Part shown: piece after piece, positions 36,816 through 46,127 of the stretch | Layout of the letters: every line of letters begins with the position of its first letter | How positions within the stretch are numbered: the first letter of the stretch is position 1 | NCBI GenBank assembly: GCA_016189835.1 | Contig: JACPRU010000051.1 | Location: 944 to 64,943 of the forward strand | Length of the DNA: 64,000 nt | Origin: Deltaproteobacteria bacterium | GTDB taxonomy: Bacteria; Desulfobacterota; Binatia; JACPRU01 | Direction: 5' to 3' | Made by a program: the position numbers and the translations under genes | Notes under the pieces: generated by a model | Told to the model about the DNA's origin: nothing | The model's input: only the letters and a program-made list of their open reading frames with translations | Database searches by the model: none

Positions 36816-38153
36816 ATGCACCGGACCACGAGTCTCGCGATTCTCCTGCTGGCGGCGACGACGGCGGCGGCGCGCGGCGACCCGCCGCCGCGAAAGACCC
36901 TCGCCGAATGTGCGGCGATCGCCGTCGCCCACCACCCGGACCTGAGGGCCGCCGAGGCTTCGGCCGACGCCGCGCGGCAGCGCACCTGGCAAGCGGTCGC
37001 CGGCGCGCTGCCGCAGATCGACGCCGCCTACGGCGTCGACCGACGCCGCACCAGCGCCACGGCGCGAACCGGGGCGCAGATCGCGGCGCAGAACGCGAAC
37101 CGCTCGCAGACCTTCAACTTCTATTCGGCGGGCGTCAACCTCTCGCAGATCCTGTTCGACTTCGGGCAGAGCCTCGACGCGATCCGCGCCGCACGGGCGA
37201 CCGAGGAGTCGTTGCGGGCCGACCAGGAGACGGCCCGCGAGACGGTGCTGTTCAACGTCAAGCGGTCCTATTTCAGCTTGTTGACCGCCGATCGCCTACT
37301 CGACGTCGCCGAGAACAACGTTCGCCAGGACCAGAAGCACCTCGACCTCGCCCAGGCGCGCCTCGACGTCGGCTTGGCGACCCGCTTCGACGTCACGCAA
37401 GCGCAGGTCCAGCTCGCCGGCGCCGAGCTCGCCCGGGTGACGGCTCGCCGCAACGCGTCGGTCGCGCGCGAGAGCCTGCGCAACGCGCTCGGCCTCGACG
37501 GGCCCCTCGATTTCGACGTCGTCGACACGCTCGACGTCCACGACGTGCAGATCGACGAAGCCACGGCGCTCGCGCTCGCCTACGACCGTCGGCCCGAGCT
37601 CGTCAGCCAGCGCCTGCAGCAGCAAGCGCTCACCGAGCAGATCGCCGCGCTGCAGAAGAGCTACCTGCCGAACCTCACCGGCGACGCGAGCTACGCGTAC
37701 AGCGGGCCGGACTACCCGCTGCAATCGAGCTGGAACGTCGGCGCGAGCGTCAATCTCTCGCTCTTCAACGGCGGCCTCACGACCGCCCAGATCGGCGAGG
37801 CCAGAGCGAACCTCGCCGGCCTCAGGTCCAAGGAACGGAGCCTTCGCCAGCAGATCGGCCTGCAGGTGCGCCAGGCAGTGCTCGACCTCGCGCAGGCGCT
37901 CGAGGCGATCCGCGTCTCGGACAAGGGCCGGCAGCAGGCGCGCGAGAATCTCGCGCTCGCCGAGGGACGGTACGCAACGGGTGTGGGCAACATCATCGAG
38001 CTGACCGACGCGCAGGCTTCGCTCGCCACCGCGCAAGGCAACCACGTGCAGGCGCTCTCCAACTTCAAGACGGCGGTCGCGGCGCTCGAGCAGGCGACCG
38101 CGCAGAGCCTGGATGAGGACGCCGCGAACCGCGGAGCCGCCCCCTCCCGATGA
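36816..38153 (+). CDS. TolC-family outer membrane efflux protein
   Basis: ORF 36693..38153(+) has the signal peptide MHRTTSLAILLLAATTAAA, a tandem-repeat alpha/beta-barrel organisation, and conserved C-terminal ...GVGNIIELTDAQ... It is followed by macA and macB. Confidence 0.85.
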   Translation: MHRTTSLAILLLAATTAAARGDPPPRKTLAECAAIAVAHHPDLRAAEASADAARQRTWQAVAGALPQIDAAYGVDRRRTSATARTGAQIAAQNANRSQTFNFYSAGVNLSQILFDFGQSLDAIRAARATEESLRADQETARETVLFNVKRSYFSLLTADRLLDVAENNVRQDQKHLDLAQARLDVGLATRFDVTQAQVQLAGAELARVTARRNASVARESLRNALGLDGPLDFDVVDTLDVHDVQIDEATALALAYDRRPELVSQRLQQQALTEQIAALQKSYLPNLTGDASYAYSGPDYPLQSSWNVGASVNLSLFNGGLTTAQIGEARANLAGLRSKERSLRQQIGLQVRQAVLDLAQALEAIRVSDKGRQQARENLALAEGRYATGVGNIIELTDAQASLATAQGNHVQALSNFKTAVAALEQATAQSLDEDAANRGAAPSR

Positions 38154-39376
38154 AGATCTCGTTGCGATGGATCGGCGCGGCGGTGGGCGCGCTGGTGCTC
38201 GCCGCCGGCGGCTACGCGGTTTTCCGCTCCCAGGACCGCGACGGCGACGGCTACCGGACGGAGGCCGTGAGCCGCGGCACCGTGGCGTCCACCGTGACCG
38301 CCAGCGGCACGGTGAACCCGGTGACCAGCGTCCAGGTGGGCACCTACGTCTCCGGCCCGATCCAGGCGATCTACGCGGATTTCAACTCGCGCGTCACCCG
38401 GGGGCAGCTGGTGGCGAAGATCGATCCGGCGCCGTTCCAGGTCAAGGTCGCCGCGGCGCAGGCGGGGGTCGCCAACGCCCGCGCCAAGGTGCTCAAGGAC
38501 CGGGCGGACCTGAGGTTCCAGGACCTCAACTACGCGCGCAACCGCCAGCTCCTCGAGCGCCAGCTCGTTTCCCAGAACGACCTCGACGTCGCCCGGAACG
38601 AGCGCGACCAGGCCGCCGCCCAGCTCGCGCTCGACGAGGCGGCGGTCGAGCAGGCACGCGCCGACCTCGAGGCCGCGAAGATCAACCTCGCTTACACCAA
38701 CATCACCTCGCCGGTCGACGGCGTGGTGGTTTCGCGCAACGTCGATGTCGGACAGACCGTCGCGGCGAGCTTTCAAACGCCGACGCTCTTCCTGATCGCC
38801 CAGGACCTCACCGAGATGCAGGTCGATGCCAACGTCAGCGAGTCCGACATCGGCGCCGTGGCCACCGGCCAAGCCGCCACCTTCCGCGTCGACGCCTATC
38901 CCGAGCGCGACTTTTCGGGCACGGTCGTCCAGGTACGCAACGCGCCGATCAACGTGCAGAACGTCATCACCTACGACGTGGTCGTCGCGGTCGACAATCC
39001 GAAGCTCGAGCTGCGGCCCGGCATGACCGCGACGGTCGCCGTCACCACGGCACGAGCCGACGGGGCGCTGCGCGTTCCGCTGCGCGCGCTGCGCTTCCGC
39101 CCGGAGCGCGGCGCCCCCCCCGCGCGCCCGTCCGGCGAGAGCTCCGCCAGGCCGTCCGCGCCCTCCGCCGCCGTGTGGCGGCTCGACGCTCGCGGCGGGC
39201 TGCAGCGCGTGCCGGCGCGGATCGGGGTTCAAGACGAGAGCCACGCCGAGATCCTCTCGGGCGATCTCCGCGAGGGGGATCTGGTCGTGGTCGGCTACCG
39301 GCAGGCCGAGCCGGTGCCGGCCGGCGGCGCTCAACGACCGCCCTCCTTCCTGGGCGGCGGCCGGCGCTTTCCCTGA
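38150..39376 (+). CDS. efflux RND/MacA-type periplasmic adaptor subunit (HlyD family)
   Basis: The 408-aa product has an N-terminal TM anchor, coiled-coil and lipoyl/beta-barrel regions. Its start overlaps the TolC stop. Confidence 0.85.
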   Translation: MKISLRWIGAAVGALVLAAGGYAVFRSQDRDGDGYRTEAVSRGTVASTVTASGTVNPVTSVQVGTYVSGPIQAIYADFNSRVTRGQLVAKIDPAPFQVKVAAAQAGVANARAKVLKDRADLRFQDLNYARNRQLLERQLVSQNDLDVARNERDQAAAQLALDEAAVEQARADLEAAKINLAYTNITSPVDGVVVSRNVDVGQTVAASFQTPTLFLIAQDLTEMQVDANVSESDIGAVATGQAATFRVDAYPERDFSGTVVQVRNAPINVQNVITYDVVVAVDNPKLELRPGMTATVAVTTARADGALRVPLRALRFRPERGAPPARPSGESSARPSAPSAAVWRLDARGGLQRVPARIGVQDESHAEILSGDLREGDLVVVGYRQAEPVPAGGAQRPPSFLGGGRRFP

Positions 39377-39380
39377 GGCC

Positions 39381-40118
39381 ATGGCCGGCCCGCTCATCGA
39401 GCTCGAGGACGTGTGGAAGGTCTATCCGCTCGGCGACGTCCCCGTCACCGCGCTCGCCGGCGTGAGCCTCGCCATCGACCGCGGAGAGTTCGTGGCCGTG
39501 ACCGGCGCGTCGGGCTCGGGAAAGTCGACGTTCATGAACCTGATCGGCTGCCTCGATCGTCCGACGCGCGGCCGCTACCGTCTCGACGGCGTGGACGTCT
39601 CCACGCTCACGGCCGACGACCGTGCCGAGATCCGCAACCGCAAGCTCGGCTTCGTCTTCCAGAGCTTTCACCTGATCGCCCGAACGACCGCGCTGGAAAA
39701 CGTCGAGCTGCCGCTCTTCTACAGCGATCTGCCGTTCGACGAGCACCGCGACCGCGCCCGCCGGGCGCTGGAGATCGTCGGCCTGCGCGACCGGGAGCAT
39801 CACCTGCCGAGCCAGCTCTCCGGCGGCCAGCAGCAGCGGGTGGCCATCGCCCGCGCGCTGGTCAACCGGCCGTCGCTGATTCTCGCCGACGAGCCGACCG
39901 GCAACCTCGACACCCGCACCTCGGTCGAGATTCTCGAGGTGTTCCAGCGGCTCAACCGTGCGCAGGGCATCACCGTCGTGCTGGTCACGCACGAGGCGGA
40001 CATCGTCGCCTACGCCGGGCGCGTCGTCACGTTTCGTGACGGGCGCGTGATCTCGGACGTCCGCCACGCGTCGCAGAGCGCACCCGCCGCGGCCGGCCCG
40101 GCCGGGGCGCCGTCATGA
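39381..40118 (+). CDS. ABC transporter ATP-binding protein (MacB/LolD family)
   Basis: The 245-aa product has Walker [10 protein letters not shown], the signature [15 protein letters not shown] and Walker B LILADEPT. Confidence 0.9.
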   Translation: MAGPLIELEDVWKVYPLGDVPVTALAGVSLAIDRGEFVAVTGASGSGKSTFMNLIGCLDRPTRGRYRLDGVDVSTLTADDRAEIRNRKLGFVFQSFHLIARTTALENVELPLFYSDLPFDEHRDRARRALEIVGLRDREHHLPSQLSGGQQQRVAIARALVNRPSLILADEPTGNLDTRTSVEILEVFQRLNRAQGITVVLVTHEADIVAYAGRVVTFRDGRVISDVRHASQSAPAAAGPAGAPS

Positions 40119-41347
40119 AGCTGCTGCGCATGACCCTGCACGCGGCCCTGCGCGCGCTGCGGCGCAACAAGCTGCGCTCGGCCCTCACCATGCTCGGCAT
40201 CATCATCGGCGTCGCCGCGGTGATCGCCATGGTGAGCGTCGGCCAGGGCGCGAACCTCGCCGTGCAGCGGCAGATCGAGAGCCTCGGCACGAATCTGCTG
40301 ATGGTCCTGCCGGGCGCCTCGACGGCGGGAGGGGTGCGCTCGGGGGGGGGGGGCGTCACGACGCGCACCGTGCAGGACGCCGAGGCGATCCAGCGCGAGT
40401 GCGTCTCGATCGGCCAGGTCACCTACTTCCGGCGCCAGGGCGTGCAGGTGGTCTACGGCAACCGCAACTGGTCCACCGTGGCCCAGGGCACCACGGCGGA
40501 GTATCCGCGGGTGCGCAACTGGAACGTCGCCGCGGGCAGCTTCTTCACCCGGCGTGACGACGCCGCGGCGAGTCGCGTTGCGGTGCTCGGCCGGACCGTC
40601 GTCGGGCAGCTCTTCGACGAGGGCGAGGACCCCGTCGGCGCCGGGATCCGCATCCTCGACGTGCCCTTCACCGTGATCGGCGTGCTCGAAGCCAGGGGAC
40701 AGGCGGGATACGGCCAGGATCAGGACGACGTGGTGCTGATGCCGTTCCACACGGCCGTGCGCCGGGTGCTCGGCACCAAGTTCGTCGGCACCGTGGACAT
40801 GATCTTCGCCGCGGCACGCTCGGCCGAGGCCATTCCCCAGGCCGAGACCGAGGTGGTCGCGCTGCTGCGCGAGCGCCACCGCATCGCACCCAGGCAGGAC
40901 GCGGACTTCACCGTCCGCAATCTCGCCGACGTCGCCCAGGCTCGCGAATCGGCCGCGCAGGTGATGACCGCGCTGCTGCTCTCGGTGGCGTCGATCTCGC
41001 TGCTGGTCGGCGGCATCGGCATCATGAACATCCTGCTGGTGTCGGTGACCGAGCGCACCCGCGAGATCGGCATCCGCATGGCGGTCGGCGCCAAGTCGCG
41101 CCACATCCTGCTGCAGTTCCTGGTCGAGGCCATCACCCTCAGCATGGCCGGCGGGCTGGCGGGCGCGCTGCTCGGCGTCGGCAGCGCGCGGGCGATCTCG
41201 TTCTTCGCGGATTGGCCGACCCTCGTCTCGCCGACGGCGATCGTCGGCTCGATCCTCTTCTCGGGGGCCGTCGGCGTCTTCTTCGGCTTTTACCCGGCCC
41301 GCAAGGCGTCTCGGCTGGACCCGATCCTGGCGCTGCGCTACGAGTAG
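40115..41347 (+). CDS. ABC transporter permease (MacB/FtsX family)
   Basis: The 410-aa product has an N-terminal TM, a MacB periplasmic domain and a C-terminal FtsX 3-TM region. It contains a 12-G homopolymer at ~40343-40354 encoding GGGG. Confidence 0.85.
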   Translation: MKLLRMTLHAALRALRRNKLRSALTMLGIIIGVAAVIAMVSVGQGANLAVQRQIESLGTNLLMVLPGASTAGGVRSGGGGVTTRTVQDAEAIQRECVSIGQVTYFRRQGVQVVYGNRNWSTVAQGTTAEYPRVRNWNVAAGSFFTRRDDAAASRVAVLGRTVVGQLFDEGEDPVGAGIRILDVPFTVIGVLEARGQAGYGQDQDDVVLMPFHTAVRRVLGTKFVGTVDMIFAAARSAEAIPQAETEVVALLRERHRIAPRQDADFTVRNLADVAQARESAAQVMTALLLSVASISLLVGGIGIMNILLVSVTERTREIGIRMAVGAKSRHILLQFLVEAITLSMAGGLAGALLGVGSARAISFFADWPTLVSPTAIVGSILFSGAVGVFFGFYPARKASRLDPILALRYE

Positions 41348-41376
41348 CCCGGGGACCGTCGCGGCCGGGGGGACAC

Positions 41377-42456
41377 ATGGAATTCGGAATCTTCGTCGCC
41401 ACCAAGATCGACGACTGGCAGCTCGTCCAGTACGCCGAGAACCTGGGATACGACCGCGCCTGGATCCCCGACTCGCAGATGATCTGGTCCGACTGTTACG
41501 CCACGCTGGCGCTGGCGGCGGCCAACACCCGGCGCATCAAGCTCGGCACCGGCGTGGCGATTCCCGGCACGCGCATCGCGCCGGTGACGGCGCACTCCAT
41601 CGCCTCGATCGCCCGCATTGCCCCGGGGCGCGTGTTCCTGGGCATCGGCACGGGCCACACGGCGATGCGCGTCATGGGCATGGACCCGATGAAGATCCGC
41701 GCCTTCCGCGAGTATCTTCGCGTGGTGAAGGCGCTGCTCGCCGGCGAGGAGGTCGAGTACACGCTGAACGGCGTGACCCGTACCATCCGCTTCCTCCACC
41801 AGGACCTCGGCTTCCTCGACCTCGCCCACCCGATCCCGATCTACATCGCCGCCAACGGGCCGCTGGCGCTGCGCACGGTCGGGGAGTTCGGCGACGGTCT
41901 GGTGACGGTCGCCAACGACGATCCACGGCCGCTCGCCGCCCACCTCGCGACCGTGCAAGAGGGCGCGAAGCGGGTCGGCCGCGCGCTGCCGGCACCGTTC
42001 CACACCGCCGCCCTGACCAGCGCGGTGGTGCTGAGGCCGGGTGAGAAGGTCGACTCGGAGCGGGTGATCGACCAGTGCGGCTCGCAGGTCGCCGCCGTGC
42101 TGCACTTCACCTACGAGATCGTCAAGCTGACGAAGAGCGAGGACGCGATCCCGCGCGGCTTCGAAGAGGTGTGGGAGCCGTACTGCGCTTACGTCGACAA
42201 GATGGAGACGCCGCCGGAGAAGCGCTACCTGCAACGCCACAACGGTCACTGCACGTTCCTGATGCCCGAGGAGCGTCGCTTCGTGACCGCCAAGACCATC
42301 CGCGCATCCATGCTGATCGGCGAGCCGGACGAGCTGATCGCGCGGATCCGCGCGCTGGAGAAGGCGGGGCTGCGCGAGACCGGGCTGTTGCCGCCGATGG
42401 CCGAGGCGCGCACCGTGTTCCGGGAGTTCGCCGAGCACGTCATCCGCCGCTACTGA
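41377..42456 (+). CDS. LLM-class (luciferase-like) flavin/F420-dependent oxidoreductase
   Basis: ORF 41212..42456(+). The start is at the internal MEFGIFVATKIDDWQLVQYAENLGYDRAWIPDSQ (atg at 41377). The product has a TIM-barrel LLM N-terminal pattern. Confidence 0.8.
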   Translation: MEFGIFVATKIDDWQLVQYAENLGYDRAWIPDSQMIWSDCYATLALAAANTRRIKLGTGVAIPGTRIAPVTAHSIASIARIAPGRVFLGIGTGHTAMRVMGMDPMKIRAFREYLRVVKALLAGEEVEYTLNGVTRTIRFLHQDLGFLDLAHPIPIYIAANGPLALRTVGEFGDGLVTVANDDPRPLAAHLATVQEGAKRVGRALPAPFHTAALTSAVVLRPGEKVDSERVIDQCGSQVAAVLHFTYEIVKLTKSEDAIPRGFEEVWEPYCAYVDKMETPPEKRYLQRHNGHCTFLMPEERRFVTAKTIRASMLIGEPDELIARIRALEKAGLRETGLLPPMAEARTVFREFAEHVIRRY

Positions 42457-42459
42457 GCC

Positions 42460-42684
42460 GTGGACGAAACCGGCCGCGCGATTCCCTGGTACTACCGGCC
42501 ACTCGGCATCGCGCTGCTGACGCTGTTGGTCCTCGGTCCGCTCGGCCTGCCCCTGATCTGGCGCTCGCCCGCGCTCGACGCGCGCCGCAAGTGGGTGGCC
42601 AGCGCGCTCGTCCTCGGGTACACGGCGGTGCTCGTCTGGCAGGTGGTCGAGGCGTTGCGCTACGCGCTCGCGCAGCTGCCCTGA
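42460..42684 (+). CDS. hypothetical small membrane protein (2 predicted TM helices)
   Basis: The 74-aa product, from a GTG start 4 nt after the LLM stop, reads PWYYRPLGIALLTLLVLGPLGLPLIW...ASALVLGYTAVLVWQVV. GC3 is high. It ends 5 nt before repeat copy 2. Confidence 0.35.
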   Translation: MDETGRAIPWYYRPLGIALLTLLVLGPLGLPLIWRSPALDARRKWVASALVLGYTAVLVWQVVEALRYALAQLP

Positions 42685-42689
42685 GGCTA

Positions 42690-42780
42690 CCAGGACGCGA
42701 CTTCGCTGTCTTGCACGAAGAGATGAGATACGAGGCCGCAGTACGCGACCACCGTTTGGTTGCGGCTGTGCCGCGCTGAG
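42690..42780 (+). repeat. ~90-nt intergenic repeat, copy 2
   Basis: The sequence ggacgcgacttcgctgtcttgcacgaagagatgagatacgaggccgcagtacgcgaccaccgtttggttgcggctgtgccgcgctgag differs from copy 1 at 3 positions. Confidence 0.6.
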
Positions 42781-42922
42781 CATCGGCTCGGGGAACCCGC
42801 CGCCGGCCGAGCTCGGCGGCAGGCACGAGCCGGAGCGAGCCAGAGGCCGCCTGGTAGCGGGTCTACCGGCCGCCTGCGCCTCTTCCCGCACCGCCGACCG
42901 GGGTCTAGAATCGTCGATCGTC

Positions 42923-44500
42923 GTGAAGCTCGCGGTCTTCGTCGTCGCCGCGGTGGCGGCGCTGCCCACGGACCCGTCGGCCCGCGGCGACCCGGCGCCC
43001 CCCGCCGAGGGCGAGCCGGTGAGCGAGTTCCGTCGGTTGACGAAGGGCCCCGGTCTCGACGCGATGCCGTCGTGGTCCCCGGACGGCCGGCGCATCGTCT
43101 TCCACGCCCGGCGCCCGGCGCAGAAGGGCGACGCGTTGCCGACCCGCAAGATCTGGATCATCGATCGCGACGGCAGGAACGAGCGCCGGCTGTCGGACGG
43201 CGCCGCCGAAGAGTATCACCCGGTGTTCTCTCCCGACGGCTCGCGGATCGCGTTCGTCTCGGAGGCCAACGGATCGCGCGACGTCTGGCTGATGGATGCC
43301 GACGGCAAGAATCCGCTCCCGCTCACCGATGATCCGGGGCTCGAGGACCATCCCTGCTGGTCTCCCGACGGAAGCCGCCTCGCTTACGTCGCCCTGCCCA
43401 AGGACGGCGGCAACTTCGATCTGTGGATCATGAACGCCGACGGCAGCGGCAAGCGCAAGGTGACGTTCACCGCCGCCAACGAGGTGTTCCCCGCGTGGCA
43501 CCCGCAGGGGCACCGGATCGCGTTGGCGAGCGACGTGAACGGGAACTTCGACCTCTACACGGTGTCGCTGCCCGACGAGAAACTCGCCCCCCTGGTGACG
43601 GGCCCGAGCAACGACACCCGGCCCGCCTGGTCGCCCGACGGCACCAAGATCGCGTTCACGCGATGGCCGGGCGAGGGTCGCAGCCGCGACGCCACGCTGT
43701 GGATCGCCAACGCCGACGGCAGCGTGCCGACCGAGATCGCGGTCGCGGCTCCCGCCGCCCACCCGTCGTGGGCGTCGGATGGCCGGACGCTCGCCTTCCA
43801 GCGCGCCAGCGAGGGCGACTGGAATCTGTGGAGCGCGCGCCTGCCCGAGGACGTCGTGAAGGAAGGCCGGCTGCGCCTCGCCCGACAGGTGCGCGGCCGG
43901 CGTGGCGAGGATCTCGTCAAGCTGCGCCGCGGCGAGACGATCTACGGGGCGGTGGCGACCGCGCGATTCCGCCTGCGCGCTCCTTACGGCCTCGTCGAGC
44001 TGCCGCGCGCGGCGCTCGCCTCCCTGCAGTTCGACGACATGGCGAAGGGCACGGCGAAGATCGTGCTCGGCAACGGCGACACGTTCAGCGGCCTGCTGCT
44101 CGACGACGACATCGCGCTCGACGGCGCCGGCGGCCGCCAGCACCTGCGCAAGGAGAAGATCGAGGCCATCGGCTTTCGTCTCGACTCCGGCGACGCGGGG
44201 GACCGCAGCGGCCCGGCGCGGCTGCTGATGCGCAACGGGGACTCGTACAGCGCGGCGCCGCGCACTCGCGGGCTGCGCCTGCGCGTCGGCAGCCAGACCG
44301 TGGAGCTGCCGCTCGCGGACGTGGCCCGCGTGGAGTTCGCCGAAGAGGGCAAGAAGAGCCAGGTGATCACCCGCAAGGGCGATACGCTCGCCGGCACGCT
44401 CGAAACTCCGCTCCTCGAGGTCGACCTGCCGGCCGGAGCCTACCTCGGCCTCTACCCGTCGTACATCCGCAGCCTGACCCTCGCGGAGGGATCTCCATGA
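42923..44500 (+). CDS. TolB-like periplasmic beta-propeller (PD40 repeat) protein with a C-terminal four-fold repeat domain
   Basis: The 525-aa product has a signal peptide, 6-7 PD40-like blades (WSPDGRRIVF, FSPDGSRIAFVS, WSPDGSRLAYV, WHPQGHRIALAS, WSPDGTKIAFT, WASDGRTLAF), then four ~40-aa repeats (NGDTFSGLL..., KGDTLAGTL...). The start is a GTG. Confidence 0.8.
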   Translation: MKLAVFVVAAVAALPTDPSARGDPAPPAEGEPVSEFRRLTKGPGLDAMPSWSPDGRRIVFHARRPAQKGDALPTRKIWIIDRDGRNERRLSDGAAEEYHPVFSPDGSRIAFVSEANGSRDVWLMDADGKNPLPLTDDPGLEDHPCWSPDGSRLAYVALPKDGGNFDLWIMNADGSGKRKVTFTAANEVFPAWHPQGHRIALASDVNGNFDLYTVSLPDEKLAPLVTGPSNDTRPAWSPDGTKIAFTRWPGEGRSRDATLWIANADGSVPTEIAVAAPAAHPSWASDGRTLAFQRASEGDWNLWSARLPEDVVKEGRLRLARQVRGRRGEDLVKLRRGETIYGAVATARFRLRAPYGLVELPRAALASLQFDDMAKGTAKIVLGNGDTFSGLLLDDDIALDGAGGRQHLRKEKIEAIGFRLDSGDAGDRSGPARLLMRNGDSYSAAPRTRGLRLRVGSQTVELPLADVARVEFAEEGKKSQVITRKGDTLAGTLETPLLEVDLPAGAYLGLYPSYIRSLTLAEGSP

Positions 44501-45309
44501 AGCGAATCGTCCTGCTGGCCTTGACGCTCGCCGGCGCCACCGGTTGCTTTCGCACCAGCGGACTCAATCGCTACCAGCCCGACATGTACTCCGTCGACCA
44601 GGAGGTCGGCATGGGCCGGGAGATGTCCAAGGAGATCGACAAGGAGGTGACGCTGCTGCGCCATCACGCGCTCACGCAGCTGGTCCAGGGGATCGGCCAG
44701 CGCCTGCTCGCGCACGCCGCCCGCCCCGAGTTCAAGCTCTATCCCTTCACGTTCCGCGTGGTGGACAGCTCGGAGATCAACGCCTTCTCGCTGCCCGGCG
44801 GCCCGGTGTATCTGAACATGGGCCTGATCGAGATCGCCGAGACCGAGGACGAAGTCGCCGCCGTGATCGCCCACGAGATGAGCCACGTCGCGGCCCGCCA
44901 TGCCACCGAGCAGATGACCGCGTTGCAGGTCTCCCAGCTGGCGATGTTCGTCGCGCTGTCTGCCGTCGGCGGCATCTCGCCCGCCGCGCTCGAGGGCACG
45001 CGCCTCGGCTACATCCTCGGCGTCCTGCGCTACAGCCGCGGCATGGAGACCGAGGCCGATTCGCTCGGTCTGGAGCTGATGGACTCGGCGGGCTACGGCC
45101 GCAGGGGAATGCTCGCCATGTTGCGCCACATCGAGGACGAGCGGCGCGCCGAGCCGGTGCTGCTCGAGCGGCTGCTCTCCAGTCATCCGATGCCGGACCA
45201 GCGGCTCGCCGTCGTCGCGGCGCAGGTGCCCGCGGCCGACGAGGACGGCGGCGCGCGGCGCGAATCGGCGGCGTTCGCGCGCACCAAGGTGCTCTTCGTC
45301 AAGGACTGA
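44497..45309 (+). CDS. M48-family zinc metalloprotease (lipoprotein)
   Basis: The 270-aa product has the lipoprotein signal MKRIVLLALTLAGATGC and the HEXXH motif AHEMSHVAARH. Its ATG overlaps the upstream stop. Confidence 0.85.
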   Translation: MKRIVLLALTLAGATGCFRTSGLNRYQPDMYSVDQEVGMGREMSKEIDKEVTLLRHHALTQLVQGIGQRLLAHAARPEFKLYPFTFRVVDSSEINAFSLPGGPVYLNMGLIEIAETEDEVAAVIAHEMSHVAARHATEQMTALQVSQLAMFVALSAVGGISPAALEGTRLGYILGVLRYSRGMETEADSLGLELMDSAGYGRRGMLAMLRHIEDERRAEPVLLERLLSSHPMPDQRLAVVAAQVPAADEDGGARRESAAFARTKVLFVKD

Positions 45310-45318
45310 CCACCGACC

Positions 45319-45882
45319 GTGGCCGCGCTACTGGTCCTGCTGGCACTGCTCTGCTCGTGCCTGCCGTCGAGCGGGCCGCAGCGCCCGGAGCCGAGCCGCC
45401 GCCAGCAGCGGCTCCTGAAGGCCACGAGCCCGGAGGTCTGGCGGGCGACCCACGCGGTGATCGACGAGCAGCGCTTGACGATCGCCGATGAGGACGAGCG
45501 CGAGGGCCGGATCCACCTGACCCGGCGGCGCACCAGCCGCGTCCGCCCCGAGGAGATCGAGCGCGAGCTACGGCGCATCGCGGAGCTCGACAAGGCGCGC
45601 CGCATGGGGCTGCAGCGCTTGAGCGAATACCTCGTCGAGTACGCGATCGAGGTGGCCCGCCTCGGCGACGACGAGACCCGCTTCGACGTCTCCACCCGCA
45701 TCACCGCGGTGGACCGCAGCGAGGCCTTCATCGCCGGCCCCGGCCTCGTGCAGGTGATTCCCCGCAGCTTCGACGTGCCGTCGAACGGCGTGCTCGAGCG
45801 CGAGCTGGTCGACAGCATCGGAAGTCGCCTGTACCTCGGCGAGGAGATGCTCTACTGCCTCGGTGTCCTCGGCCGCGAGTAG
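45319..45882 (+). CDS. hypothetical lipoprotein
   Basis: The 187-aa product has the lipobox LLCSC. No family was recognised. Confidence 0.5.
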   Translation: MAALLVLLALLCSCLPSSGPQRPEPSRRQQRLLKATSPEVWRATHAVIDEQRLTIADEDEREGRIHLTRRRTSRVRPEEIERELRRIAELDKARRMGLQRLSEYLVEYAIEVARLGDDETRFDVSTRITAVDRSEAFIAGPGLVQVIPRSFDVPSNGVLERELVDSIGSRLYLGEEMLYCLGVLGRE

Positions 45883-46127
45883 AGGACGCGCGCCCCAACC
45901 CCGGGAAACACTCGTGCCGCAGCCGCGACGGGTCGAAGCCGGCTCCCCCGAGCGTATTCATCGATACGCACGAGGGGTACGTGCCCGAGTCCTTGGCGTG
46001 GCCGGAGCCGGACGCCGAGTCCTCGGCGAGGCTCCGTGCGCTGCCGTTCTGGACCGAAGCGCTGACCACCGCGCGCGACGCTGCGGCCGGCGTTGCAATG
46101 ACGGCCGCGATCCGGCATCGGATCTTC

